A stretch of DNA of 64,000 bases from Mobula hypostoma (Eukaryota), in assembly GCF_963921235.1 (NCBI RefSeq), contig NC_086097.1, positions 191,272,001 to 191,336,000 on the forward strand, written 5' to 3'. The translations under genes were made by a program, and so were the position numbers. The notes beneath the pieces were generated by a model. The model worked only from the letters and a program-made list of their open reading frames with translations. It searched no databases and was not told the DNA's origin. Positions 25,207 through 38,990 of this stretch are shown here, piece after piece (the first letter of the stretch is position 1; every line of letters starts with the position of its first letter).

Positions 25207-25799
25207 CTGAAATATAACCCAACAGTAATTAGTAAATGCATTTGGTGTGACATTTACCAATATCTTTACTTGTACAACAATATTATTAGAGTGGCTAAGT
25301 ATCGAACCTTTTGGGGAGTGATTAATCTTTGTTAGAGCTAATATGAAAGTTAATCTATACTTTAAATATTGGGCAAATCAGTATATTCAAAATAAATCAA
25401 TTGATTTTCAGTTGGTGTCCTTGCCTCTGACAGAGCAGTTTAACATCACATAATACACTTATCAAAGTTTTGGATAAAACCAAAGAAAATTGTAATTAAA
25501 TCTATGAAAGCTATGATCTGTCTGGATGTTGTGTAAACAAAGATTTCAAAGTACATATGCTATCAAAATATGTATACATTATACAACCTTGATTTGTCTC
25601 CTTACAAGCAGACACAAAACAAAGAAACCCAAAAGAACCCTTTTTAAAAAAAGAACATCCAACACCCAATGTGCAGAGTGAGGAATAAAAAACAAGTCGT
25701 TCAAACAATAACAGTAAGCAAATAGCATTCAGAACAAAAGGTATCCATAGACACGAAGGCCTCAAAACTGCCTCTCCTCCTCTCTGACTTTGCTCTGTT

Positions 25800-26350
25800 C
25801 CGCTTGCCCCAACCTTGATGTATCTTAGTGCAAGTTTTCACTCTCTCTTGGTATCTTAAACTGAAACCAATACAAATATATTTACAAAGTAATACAGAGT
25901 TAAATATTGTGGAATCTTAAATTCTGAAGCTATATAATTAAGCAAATAGAAGTGCACAAGATGCAATACTTCTGGCTAAAAAATTCTTGCCTAACTAAAT
26001 AAAGAGCATCCCTAATCTTAGAACTTAAAAGTCTTTGATACAAATGTTGTCAAAGGATTTAAGAATTTTTAGCTAAATGCACCCAAGTAGAAGAAGGTTA
26101 TCAGAAAGAATTTTTGTCTCAAAGTCTATGCAGACAGTTCCTCATTAACTAAATGTGATGCAGGTACTCTGCCAGGAGGTCAATATGCATGCATGAATTT
26201 CCATCTATTCATTTAAATCAACAGAAAGCCTTGCTGGGTTTGCTGTCCTCCTTGTCTGAGTTCCCAATCTGTTCTGCTCCCTGGAAAAAATCTCTGTGGC
26301 AGAAGTCCTCATTTGTAAGATTAACCTCACTGTGAGCATACTTTGTTTAC
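25800..26350 (-). pseudogene. Probable decayed exon
   Basis: tttttttcatttctaacttcaaag acceptor. Reads KQSMLTVRLILQMRTSATEIFSREQNRLG... with scattered stops. 3' end unclear. Confidence 0.4.
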
Positions 26351-27539
26351 CTTTGAAGTTAGAAATGAAAAAAAGAACAGAAGAGTTTGAAAATGTTCAA
26401 GTTGGCCAGCATATGTGAAATAAAAATTGTTCATGTTTCAGGTCAGAGACTTGAAGTCAAAATTCCAATGGAGGGTCACAGATTTGAAATATTAACTGTT
26501 TCTCTTTCTACAGATGCTGCCTGACCTCTTGAGTACTCCAGCATTCTCTGTTTTTATTTCAGATTTTTTTCACCTGCAGTTTTTTTTCCACCTCTGGAGT
26601 TTGCAGAGTGATATTACCAAAATGATTTTAGCAATTGCACTTAGCAGTTATGTTCTTTTGCTACTCTTTCCCTATGAATAAACAACAACTTGCACTCCTG
26701 AGACTTTTTTTAATGCAGAAAGCTATGATGTGTCCCACAAGTATGAGGAAAATAAATGAATGCTGAAAAATTGTTCAGCCTTTCAGTTAGTTTTAAACAG
26801 AGAGGTTAAGGAATTTGGGGATGGAGTTCAGAACCAAAAATCTAACTGGCTGAATGGATGATCTACAATGGAGTGGTCAGAGGATCATATGCTACAAGTT
26901 GTATTAAAAAAGAGTCGCCACGTTGGAAGGGTTTGTGTTACTAAAGTAGAATACTAAGATAGTGATGGGCAGACTATGAAGAGATTTAATCATGATTTAA
27001 ACTACTACATACGAGGTGAATTTGGTCAGAGGCTGGAGAGTAGTTGGTTACTCCAACCTAGGTCATGAAGGTTGAGAATGCAGGACATAATTGAGCAGAC
27101 TAAATTTGTTTAATCGTGAAAGAAGGCACAGAGATTGCAAAATAAGATAATAAATTGTAAAGACTGTAAAACACATCTGCCATTAATAGGCCAACATGTG
27201 AGTAGATAGCCTTTATAGTTAGTGGTAAAGTTAATTTGGAGTACTTAGGCCAGCCTGGACCAGTTGAAGAAGAGACACATTATGAATGGAGCAGTTGGAG
27301 GCAAATGTTTTGCTAAAGGACTCTGTTCTGAAACAGAGTCATCTTGGAGAAGAGAGTACACTCCATAGTTTTTAAGTGGTGTATTAAAGGATTGCTTTAT
27401 TCCATATAAAACAGGAAGAGTATATTGTGTGTTAGTGTAAATCTACCTTGAATTTCTGAATCTATCTTGTAGTGTGAATATAGTAAATTGTTTTTTATCT
27501 GCTAATTATATTCACAGATGCTACTACATTGATTGATTT

Positions 27540-29040
27540 TATCTCAAATAATAAGGAGGCAGCCTGCAGAGAGGAAGTCATCACCCTGACATAGTGGTGT
27601 CAAGAAAACAACCTCTCTCTCAATGTCGCAAAAACAAAGGAGCTGGTTGGGAACTACAGTCATAGTTATGGTCATACTTTATTGATCTCGGGGGAAATTG
27701 GTTTTCGTTATAGTTGCACAATAATTAAATATTAATAAAACCATAAATAGTTAAATAGTAATTTGTAAATTATGCCAGGAAATAAGTCCAGGACCAGCCT
27801 ATTGGCTTAGGGTGTCTGACCCTCCGAGGGAAGAGTTGTAAAGTTTGATGGCCACAGGCAGGAATGACTTCCTATGACGCTCTGTGTTGTATCTCGGTGG
27901 AATGAGTCTCTGGCTGAATGTACTCCTGTTCCCAACCAGTACATTATGTAGTGGATGGGAGACATTGTCCAAGATGGCATGCAACTTGGACAGCATCCTC
28001 TTTTCAGACACCACTGTCAGAGAGTCCAGTTCCATCCCCACAACATCACTGGCCTTACGAATGAGTTTGTTGATTCTGTTGGTAACTGCTACCCTCAGCC
28101 TGCTGCCCCAGCACACAATAGCAAACATGATCGCACTGGCCACCACAGACTCGTAGAACATCCTCAGCATCGTCCGGCAGATGTTAAATGACCTCAATCT
28201 CCTCAGGAAATAGAGACGGCTCTGACTCTTCTTGTAGACAGCCTCAGTGTTCTTTGACCAGTCCAGTTTATTGTCAATTCGTATCCCCAGGTATTTGTAA
28301 TCCTCCATGTCCACACTGACCCCCTGGATGGAAACAGGAACTATAGGAGGAATGGAGACAGGGTCACCCCTATTGATATCAATGGATCTGGGGTTGTGAG
28401 GGTGAACAACTTCAAGTTCCTTGGCATACACATCACCGAGGATCTCACTTGACCTGTACACACCAGCTGTGTGGCGAGAAAAACGCAACAGCACCTCTTT
28501 CACCTCAGACAGTTGAAGAAGTTTGGCATGAGTCCCCAAATCCTAAGGACTTTCTACAGGGGCACAGCTGAGAGCATCCTGATGGCTACATCACTGTCTG
28601 ATATGGGAGCTGTACTTCCCTCAACCGCAGGTCTCTGCAGAGAATGGTGCGGTCAGTCCAGCACATCTGTGGATGTGAACTTCCCACAATTCCCACATTT
28701 ACAGCGATAAGTGCATAAAAAGGGCCTGAAAGATCATTGGGAACCCGAGTCACCCCAACCACAAACTGTTCCAGCTGCTACTATCCAAGAAACGATACCG
28801 CAGCATAAAAGCCAGGACCAACAGGCTCTGCGACAACTTCTTCCACCAGGACATCAGACTGATTAATTCACACTAACACAATTAAATTTCTAAGTTATAT
28901 TGACTATTCTTTGTATACTTTACTGTACATACATTTGTATTACAAGTTACTATAATGTGCACATTGCACATTCAGATGGAGACAAAATAAAGATTTTTAC
29001 TCTTCACATATGTGAAGGATGTAACAATTCAATTCAATTA
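27540..29040 (+). mobile_element. Rex1/Babar LINE with an antisense Rex1 insertion
   Basis: WCQENNLSLNVAKTKELV before the insert; FKFLGIHITEDLT and ARKTQQHLFHLRQLKKFGMSPQILRTFYRG after it. Confidence 0.85.
27660..28336 (-). mobile_element. Young 5'-truncated Rex1/Babar LINE
   Basis: Open frame YKYLGIRIDNKLDWSKNTEAVYKKSQSRLYFLRRLRSF...SFLPVAIKLYN. TSD ggaacta(c/t)ag (27650-59 and 28337-46). Confidence 0.9.
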
Positions 29041-29044
29041 AATT

Positions 29045-30165
29045 CCTGTTTAACAGCTTCATTAATGGATATCTGTTGGTAGCCCTAATTCTGCTCTTTG
29101 CAGCCACAGAGTATAAACTTATTTATACTACAGAGAGTCGTTTTGTCCTTAAGGATCCAAGGAACATCCAAGCCGTGCTAAGAGGCTCAAGGGAGCAGAG
29201 TTTCCTGGTGGTCATTGTCACCATTTAAACCCTGGGATCCTGGATGTGTCAGAAGCACATCAGTAAGGGGCTAGGTTACTGAGTGGGTTTTCAATTGTTG
29301 CATCTCCCAGAAGCCCTAAATTCCCAACACTGACCTACAGACTAATCTGGGAATCAAGGTTTCATTACATTTATTTGTTACATTTCCTCCTGACACTGAG
29401 CATTGCTTGAAGCTTCACGTCCACAGTTAGTCATTTAACTTTACTGCAGTTTTTCTTTAATATAACAGCATACTTCCCAAATATGTTGCATGTAGCCCTT
29501 ACTATCTCCCATCTGCTATACCATGACCTTAAGCCTGTGCTGTTTTCATTTCAGAAACACAAGAACTGCAAAATTATCAGGCAGTAGAGCAGAGGACAGG
29601 AATAGCAACATCATCATTTGATTTCACATTGGCAGCTCAGATACGGACACTGGACATAATTTAGAAGATAGCTTCGAGCCGGGCTCTACATGTAATAAGA
29701 TATCATGGAGTCACTTGCATTCACGACAGGGAAAGGGGAAATAAAGGCAACCTCATTGAAACAGAGGTCATGCATAGTATAGGAGGACTTTAATCTGGAT
29801 TCTGATAGGGCAGCCAACAGCCAAAATCTGGTGGTGTGTGCAAACAAAGAAGTGGCTGGTGTATTGAAAAACCTGCCAGAAAGTTAGAGTTTAATGTACT
29901 AAAGCACTGAAATTTCCAGCAGAAACTTGGTACAGGGTTGTGAACCACACTTAAGGAGTGATGCCTGAGACCAATTGTGTTTTCCAAACCCAGCAATGAA
30001 GCAGCTTTTCAAAGCCGATATTGGAGCTTCCCTTGCAATAGCCATCCTGAAGGTGAATTAGTATATTGAGGTGTTTGCAGAGTCTCGCAGCTGTTCAGCA
30101 AATTTCTCCACGACAAATTGCTCGGATCGTTAAGATGTCATCTCATGAAAATCGAATTACTTCCA
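29045..30165 (-). pseudogene. Decayed large exon (~1.1 kb), cut at its 3' end by Rex1
   Basis: ttaatcag|T GGA..., phase 2, matching the upstream donor. Reads GSNSIFMR*HLNDPSNLSWRNLLNSCETLQ...QYRL*KAASLLGLENTIGLRHHSLSVVHNPVPSFCWKFQ... (ORF 29790..29996). Confidence 0.7.
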
Positions 30166-31349
30166 CTGATTAACAAACTACAAACACAAAATGAAACAGA
30201 TCCTTGGAAGCAATCTGCAAAGCAGGCAGCATCTGTGGAAGGGCAAACAGAATTAATTTTTCAGTGTGAGGAGAGCTTATAAGCATGCTGAGATGGTGCA
30301 TTCTGAATATTCTCTAAAACCAACCAAATGGAAGTCAGCAATCTTCCAACAGCTATGTGTAATCATTGCAGTAAAACTGCATAGGAATATTAAGAGAGGA
30401 TAGATGATGCACACAGAATTTAGATGAAAGTGAAAGGTCAGACGTGACCAGATGAATGTTTTATGGAAAATGTTGTGATTTGGTTTGGGATGTTTATTTT
30501 ATGATAGATTATAGTTTTACATTGTGGCATTTATGATGTGGCAAAAACAGAAAGAAGGTTAAGTGTGAGACTTCTGGTGAAGGGGAAACAGGAATTCTGA
30601 GGACTGGAATTGTTATTGGAGGTGCCTATCAGCAACAGACTGATAGAAAATGAATAACCTATTTTTATTCTGTGGGTCCTCTTCTCCCTCAAGATCGGGG
30701 TGGGGGCAGTCACTTCAAACCAAGGTGCTTGGAAATTTCTCTTTGTAGAAGGTAATGAATATCTGGAGTTGTCTATCCTAGGGACTTGCAGAGGCTAAGT
30801 CATCAGAAGTATTAAAACCGGAGGTAGATAAATTGTCAAAAGAGCAAGGAATTGAGCACTGTGGGGGACTGGCACATAGGAGAACTGATCTGGTGCAGGA
30901 CAATTGTCATGGTATTGATTGCCAGGCCAGGTGGCCTAATCCTGCCCTATATCTGTGTGCTTTTCCGGTTATTCTTCTTTATCTGTGGCTGCCTGTCTGA
31001 CGAATGGTAGCAAAGGTTGTGTCCTCAAGATAGTGACATTATGAGTTCGGCAGCACCATATCTGCTGAGTGCTGAGGGCTTCCCACCAGTTTACCGGTGA
31101 AAAATTTACTGTGACTGCATGTCACTACTCTGCTCTATCATGTTTCATGCCATGGCATGACTTTCTCTGAATATACACTGGCCACACATTTGAGTTGAAC
31201 GCTAGTGTCATCAGTCGTGCCATCATTAAAGACCATTTGTTGTTTGCTAGTCATCCTTCCGTTTGCAATTGTGACTCAAAATAGACTGTTACTGACACCA
31301 TGAATGCAGTCTGGATACTGGGCACTGCCTTGGGCAATTCATCTCCTAT

Positions 31350-34205
31350 GATAGAGAAGGGATGCACTCAGACCGATGGTTTAAGGTGTGTCTATTTTAA
31401 TGCATGGAGTATTGTGAACAAAGCAGATGAGCTTAGAGCGTGGATCAATACTTGGAGCTATGATGTTGTGGCCATTACAGAGATTTAGATGGTGCAGGGG
31501 CAGGAATGGCTACTGAGAATGCCAGGCTTTAGATGTTTCAGAAAGGACAGGGAGGGAGGCAAAAGAGGTGGGGGCATTGAACTGTTGATCAGAGATAGTG
31601 ACACGGCTGCAGAAAAGGGGGAAGTCATGGAGGGCTTGTCTACAGAGTCTCTATGGGTGGAAGTTAGGAATAGGAAGGGGTCAAAAACTATACTGGGTGT
31701 TTTTTTATAGACCACCCAATAGCAGCAGGGATATTGGTCAGGTGTCAGGTCTCTCAGTTGGACAGCATTTTGGAAATAGTGTCACAATTCTATCTCCTTT
31801 ACCATAGCATTGGAGAGGGATAGGAACAGACAAGTTAGGGAAACATTTAATTGGAGTAAAGGGAAATATGAAGCTATCAGGCAGGAACTTGGAAGCATAA
31901 ACTTGAAACAGATGTTCTCAGGGAAATATATGGAAGAAATGTGGCAAATGTTCAGGGGGTATTTGCATAGGGGGGGTTCTGCGTAGGTACATTCCAATGA
32001 GACAGGGAAAAGGTGGTAGGGTACAGGAACTGTGGTGTACAAAGGTTGTTGTAAAGCTAGTCAAGAAGAAAAGAGCTTACAAAAGATTCAAAAAGCTAGG
32101 TAATGGTAGAGATCTAGAGGATTATAAGGCTAGCAGGAAGGAGCTTGCATGGCATTCTGCAGAAGTATGTTCCATTGAGGCAGGGAAAGGATGCTAGGGT
32201 AAAAGAATCATGGAGTACAAAGGACGTGGAAAATCTAGTTAAGAAGAAAAGAAAAGCTTATGAAAGGTTCAAGAAACAAGATACTGTTAGAGCTCTAGAA
32301 AATTACAAGGTTGCTAGGAAGGAGCTTCAGAATGGAATTAGGAGAGCAAGAAGGGGCCATGGCAAAGCCTTGGTGGACAGGATTAAGGAAAATCCCAAGG
32401 CATTCTACAAGTATGTGAAGAGCAAGAGGATAAGACGTGAGAGAATAGGACCAATCAAGTGTGACAGTGGAAAAATGTGTATGGATCAGGAGGAGATGGC
32501 AGAGGTACTTAATGAATACTTTGCTTCAGTATTCACTACGGAAAAGGAGCTTGGCGATTGTAGGCATGACCTGCAGTGGACTGAAAAGCTTGAGCACGTA
32601 GATATTAACGAAGAGGATGTGCCGGATCTTTCGGAAAGCATCAAGTTAGATAAGTCACCGGGACCAGACAGGATGTACCCCAGGCTACTGTGAGAAGTGA
32701 GGGAGGAGATTGCTGAGACTCTGGCGATAATCTTTGCATCATCAATGAGGACAGGACAGGTTCCAGAGGATTGCGGATGTTGTTCCCTTATTCAAGGAAT
32801 AGAGATAGCCCAGGAAATTATAGACCAGTGAGTCACTTCAAGTGGTTGGTAAGTTGTTAGAGAAGATCCTGAGAGGCAGGATTTATGAGCATTTGGAGAG
32901 GCATAATATGATTAGGTATAGTCAGCATGGCTTTGACAAAGGCAAGTTGTGCCTTACGAGCCTGATTGAATTTTTTGAGGATGTGACTAAACACATTGAT
33001 GAAGGAAGAGTAGTAGATGTAGTGTATATGGATTTCAGCAAGGCATTTGATAAGGTACCTCATGTAAGGCTTATTGAGAAAGTAAGGAGGCATGAGATCC
33101 AAGAGGACATTGTTTTGTGGATCCAGAACTGGCTGGCCCACAGAAGGCAAAGAGTGGTTGTAGACAAGTCATATTCTGTATGGAGGCTGGTGACCAGTGG
33201 TGTGCCTCAGAAATCTGTTCTGGAACCCTACTCTTTGTGATTTTTATAAATGACCTGGATGAGGAAGTGGAGGGATGGGTTAGAAAATTTGCTGATGATG
33301 CAAAGGTCGGGGGTGTTGTGGATAGTGTGAAGGGCTGTCAGAAGTTACAGCGGGACATTGATAGGATGCAACACTGGGCTGAGGAGTGGCAGATGGAGTT
33401 CAACCCAGATAAGTGTGAGGTGGTTCACTTTGGTAGGTCAAATATGATGGCAGAATATGGTATTGATGGTAAGACTCTTGACAGTGTGGAGGATGTGGAG
33501 GATCAGGAGGATCTTGGGGTCTGAGTCCATAGGACACTCAAAGCTGCCACGCAGGTTGACTCTGTGGTTAAGATGGCACACAGTGTATTGGCCTTCAATG
33601 GTACGATTGAGTTTAAGAGTCTTGAGATAATGTTGCTGCTATATAGGACCCTGGTCAGACCCCACTTGGAGTACTGTGCTCAATTCTGGTAGCCTCACTA
33701 CAGGAAGGACGTGGAAACCATAGAAAGGGTGCAGAGGAGATTTACAAGGATGTTGCCTGGACTGGGGAGCATGCCTTATGAGAATAGGTTGAGTGAAGTC
33801 AGCCTTTTCTCCTTGGAGCGATGGAGGATGAGAGGTGACCTAATAGAGGTTTACAAGATAATGAAAGGCATTGATCGTGTGGATAGTCAGAGGCTTTTCC
33901 CCAGGGCTGAAATGTGGCTAGCACAAGAGGGTATAGTTTTAAGGTGCTTGGAAGTAGGTACAGAGGAGATGTCAGGGGTAAGTTTTTTTTTTACACGCAG
34001 AGAGTGGTGAGTGCGTGGAATGGGCTGCAGGTGGTGGTGGTGGAGGCGGAAACAATAGGGTCTTTTAAGAGACTCCTGGATGGCTACATGGAGCTTAGAA
34101 AAATAGAGGGCTATGGGAAATTCTAAGGTAAGGACATGTTCAGCACAGCTTTGTGGGCTGAAGGGCCCGTATTGAGCTATAGGTTTTCCATGTTTCTATG
34201 TTTCT
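31350..34205 (+). mobile_element. Long CR1 ORF2 remnant (endonuclease + RT), mosaic
   Basis: LRCVYFNAWSIVNKADELRAWI..YDVVAITE; KSPGPDRMYPRLL; SQHGF; KFADD; (gtttctat)n tail. Many frameshifts. Confidence 0.93.
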
Positions 34206-34596
34206 ATGGCTGCGTGCCAGTAAGGTCTGAGGAAATTGATTCCCTATTGGTCTTGTAAAAGAACAGAAAGTTGCTATACTAAATTATCCATAACATTGGC
34301 TTTGTTATGGAAAATTCCCTGCATATGTGGTGAGGATCGGCAGAAATGTTTTCCTCCTCACTGGATTCCAGTGCTGGAGAGTAGTCAGCAAAACCTCAAG
34401 ATATATCCAGCAAAACACTCTGCCCTCTTTTCTCATGCTACCTGTCTAGGAGCATGTGATTAACTAGAAGATTTATTCAGACAATATTACATTAAATTAA
34501 AATTGTAAAACACAGCTGAAGGACAGTAAACCCAAAATAAAGACTTATTTCATAATTTTTGGACACATGCAGAGAAATGCTAGCAGACTGATTTGG

Positions 34597-34730
34597 CAAA
34601 CAAGAGAAAATCAGCAGATGCTCAAAATCCAAGCAACACACACAAAATGCTGGAGGAACTCAGCAGGCCAAGCAACACCTACAGAAAAAAGTACAGTCGA
34701 CGTTTCGGGCTGAAACCCTTCGGCAGGACA
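34597..34730 (-). mobile_element. Penelope-like end fragment with a hammerhead-like motif
   Basis: Reverse strand reads gtc-CTGCCGA-agggtttcagccc-GAAAC-GTC-gac. Confidence 0.65.
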
Positions 34731-35633
34731 GAATGGGTCTGCCAGAATGCTTCAGGAAAAAAATCAGAGCTCTTGTTATGTAATGCAGACACACACAAAT
34801 ACCTTTTCAGCATCTAGACTTGTTGGGACCAAAATACATCCTCTTTTTCACTCATGCATAATTTTCCTTGCAGGATTCGATAAGGATTAAAACACATTTA
34901 TAAATAGTTTCCTGGATGGCTCACATGGGCATGGGGAAAACTGATGTTGAAGCAAAGAAAGAATGGTGACTAAAAGGTTCATCAAGGAGCTGAATTTTGT
35001 GAGTGTTGAATGAATACAGGAAAAAGGGGAGAGAAATCGGAGGAGTTTGGGGAAAGAAATCCAGCAATTAGGATCTGTGCAGCTGGGACTAGTGTTTATC
35101 TTCTGTAACAGAGTACCAGGATTAGCTTGCATTTGTTTATCTCTAACTTTTCGTAGGTCTGTTTGAAGGTCATTGATCAGAAATAATAAGTGTTTTGTTT
35201 CTTTTATTCAGTAATGCTTCCTGACCTGTTAAGTCAAGAAGAAATAATTTGTTTCTCCAGCATTCCTAGAACATTATTTTTGTGTGCCTTGGAAAGTACA
35301 GTGCAAAATGGATTACCATCTCATACCTGACATGAATATATAGGGCAATCTATGTACAATATAACCAGCACTAAGCCCTAATTTAATAGCCTTTTGTTAA
35401 TATCCATGTGCTCTAGGTTAACCTTGCAACATCTACCCGACAGGTGATCTACTCCCAAACTTTCTGCATTTCCATTTGCAAAAAATCACACTTCATTTTC
35501 TTCTGCATTTTATCACATTGAAAAATCAAAAATGTTTGGCTGGAAACATGTATATTTTATAGATATATTGATATTATGATTGAATGCTAACCAGCATCAG
35601 AAAATACTACCAGATTATTATTACCATTCACAT

Positions 35634-36637
35634 AAGGCTCAGTGCTGGGACCCCAGTTGTTTACAATATATATTAATGACTTGGATGAGGGAATTAAATG
35701 CAGCATCTCCAAGTTTGCAGATGACACGAAGCTGGGTGGCAGTGTTAGCAGTGAGGAGGATGCTAAGAGGATGCAGGGTGACTTGGATAGGTTGGGTGAG
35801 TGGGCAAACTCATGGCAGAAGCAATTTAATGTGGATAAATGTGAAGTTATCCACTTTGGTGGCAAAAATAGAAAAACAGATTATTATCTGAATGGTGGCC
35901 GATTAGGAAAAGGGGAGGTGCAACGAGACCTGGGTGTCATTATACACCAGTCATTGAAAGTGGGCATGCAGGTACAGCAGGCGGTGAAAAAGGCGAATGG
36001 TATGCTGGCATTTATAGCGAGAGGATTCGAGTACAGGAGCAGGGAGGTACTACTGCAGTTGTACAAGGCCTTGGTGAGACCACACCTGGAGTATTGTGTG
36101 CAGTTTTGGTCCCCTAATCTGAGGAAAGACATCTTTGCCATAGAGGGAGTACAAAGAAGGTTCACCAGATTGATTCCTGGGATGGCAGGTCTTTCATATG
36201 AAGAAAGACTGGATGAACTGGGCTTGTACTCGTTGGAATTTAGAAGATTGAGGGGGGATCTGATTGAAACGTATAAGATCCTAAAGGGATTGGACAGGCT
36301 AGATGCGGGAAGATTGCTCCCGATGTTGGGGAGGTCCAGAACGAGGGGTCACAGTTTGAGGATAGAGGGGAAGCCTTTTAGGACCGAGATTAGGAAAAAC
36401 TTCTTCACACAGAGAGTGGTGAATCTGTGGAATTCTCTGCCACAGCAAACTGTTGAGGCCAGTTCATTAGCTATGTTTAAAAGGAAGTTAGATATGGCCC
36501 TTGTGGCTACAGGGCTCAGGGGGTATGGAGGGAAGGCTGGGTTCTGAGTTGGATGATCAGCCATGATCATAATAAATGGCGGTGCAGGCTCGAAGGGCCG
36601 AATGGCCTACTCCTGCACCTATTTTCTATGTTTCTAT
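35634..36637 (+). mobile_element. Young 5'-truncated CR1 with an uninterrupted 301-codon RT C-terminal frame
   Basis: ORF 35642..36547 (LGPQLFTIYINDLDEGIKCSISKFADDTKLGG...). 3' UTR and tttctatg tail present. Confidence 0.95.
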
Positions 36638-38039
36638 GTAAGTAATAATCATATCAGTGTAAGTATCAATAGTAACAGTTTCCAAATGCACCAAATAGTT
36701 GCTCAGAAGTTCATGATTGGAATACAGACCTTGCATTTTGGAGAGTAGTGAGAAATACTTAGATAATTCTGACAAAGTAATCCAGTGACAAGCAGTAAGC
36801 AACAAATGAGAGACCATGAGACCATATTCTGCTATCTAAATATAATAATTGAGATTTAATGAATAAAACTTGCAATATGTGTGGAAAATGATATCAGTGA
36901 CACTCAAACCACAACAACTTTCTTGTGTCTGTTGAATCATCTCCTACCAATCATTCTTACCAGAATAAGTTACCTACAAATCAAATTCCCATTTTACTTT
37001 TAGGATGTATATTAGCCTAAAGGTATATTGTGTATTCATATCCATGGATATTTCATGATTTATTAATTGAAAGGTCTGCTGCAATCCTCTATTTGCCACC
37101 AAAATTTTAGTGCATTAGTGTTCTTTCATCTGTTACTTTCTTTGATAGTTCAAGACCCCACTTCTGCTGTTCCTAGAAATCTGTCCATGAACTGTTTTGG
37201 AAAAGTCTACATTTCAGAAGCCAGAAGGTTAAATACAGACAAAATAAATTATAGAATCTACCACTTTGTTCATATCTCATGAAAGAAAGAACTAGCTTAC
37301 AGTTTCATAGCACCTTTCATGACATGGTAAAGCTTTTTAGAACCAAAGAAGTACTTTTGACTTGTTGACACTACTGTAATGTGTGAAATGGATTAAACGC
37401 AGCATTGTATTTAATGATGTGCAATCTTCAACTTTTAACCTTTATAATTATCTAATTTGAAGGCAATTTTTGTATTCATACAGATGAAAATGCAAAGGCT
37501 AGACTAAACTGGAATTTTTATCTGAAGTCTTAACAGAATCAAAACTTCACTGTGAATATTAACTATTTACAGATATTCACTTTAGTTTAAAAATGAAACA
37601 ATCTTCTATGACATAGTTATATGATAATTTTTGGAGCTGAAATTGAAGTAATCATGATTTTTTAATTATCTGGGGGCAAAAGATTTTGGGGAAAAATGAT
37701 ACAAACTTTCATTTCCACGATAGGTTGCCCTTTGTTTGCTGGCGGCTAAGAACACATATATCACAGTTAAAGTTATTCCCAATCCCTGTTTCTCAATGCA
37801 CCAGCACTTACTTTATCAGTGAAGGATTGATTTTTTAAAAGAAAATGGGAATACTCAATTTTAGAAGTGGAAGTACTTCCTCTGTGAAATTTCTAATGTT
37901 CTTACTCAGTTTAAGGGTTAAGGATTGTGTTAAGAATTTTATTTTTTCAGGATTTTCTATCCAAAAATTAATTCCCAATTTGTGACTATGCATTCTAAGT
38001 TATAGTCAGATAGAAGAGAGAATAAACTATGAAAGAAAA

Positions 38040-38990
38040 ATCACGTGAGGCCATATATGCCTTCTATTCTCCATTTGATAAGCTCACATCTGATCCTAGT
38101 CTCAACTTCTCTTTTGCCCCGTCCCTCTTAAGTTCCATATTCCTAAACTCTGCCTATCTAATCCATAAATATATTCAATTTACTGCTTCTCCAGGTCTCT
38201 GGTATGGAGAATTTGAAAGATTCATAACCTCCCAAAACAAGGAATTACTCCATAATGTTGTCTTAAGTGTACATCCTTTTTCCTGAAATGTTATCCCATG
38301 ATTCCAGATTCACCCACAAGAGGAAACACCCTCTACCTGCCAAGGCCCCTGGAATTTTCAATTGCTTCTGACAGGTCCCTTTCATTTAAAACTGCAATCA
38401 GCTGAAATTTATATCGGAGGACAACTCCCTCATTTCAGTAATAAACCAACTTAACTTGCTTTGAATCACCTCCATGTAGATCCCTTCTAAACTGAACACA
38501 GTATTTTTTCAGTATTCACATTGTCCTGCATAACTGAGGTAAGCTTCCTTGATTTTGTGTTCTCTTTGCAAAAAGGACCAATTTTCCATTTACCTTTCTA
38601 ATGACTTTCTGCATTTATATGATATTTGTATTTCCTATCTACAAATTTTCCTATCAAAGTAGGTAACTTCATATTCCTTGACCTTAAACCTCATCTTCCA
38701 AATTTTGCTTCTTGCTTACGTTTGCTTCTTCTCACAACTTGTTTTCAATATTTCCTTATATTGACAACAAATTTACACTTGGTTCTTTCACTTGACTCAT
38801 TAATTTGGATGTGCCAAATCAACCTAAAAATAACCTATTTATCATAATTCTTTTTAATCTTAGTGAGTCATACCTGTATTTGCACTAACATGTTACCCAT
38901 AATGCTAATAGGTCATCTCTTGTAATGTAAATTTTACATTAAACTTTATCAAATATCCTTTGGAAATCTAAGTACACTACACCCACTGGT
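38040..38990 (-). mobile_element. Ancient CR1 remnant
   Basis: Degenerate similarity to other minus-strand CR1 copies (e.g. ctttatcaaatatcctttggaaatctaagtacactac). Confidence 0.55.

Noticed and set aside
27799..28539. 246-aa ORF as a novel gene
   Set aside because: Chimera of antisense host Rex1 and an inserted Rex1 RT fragment.
35642..36547. 301-aa ORF as a domesticated RT gene
   Set aside because: 5'-truncated CR1 with a near-identical copy elsewhere in the window and no true start codon.
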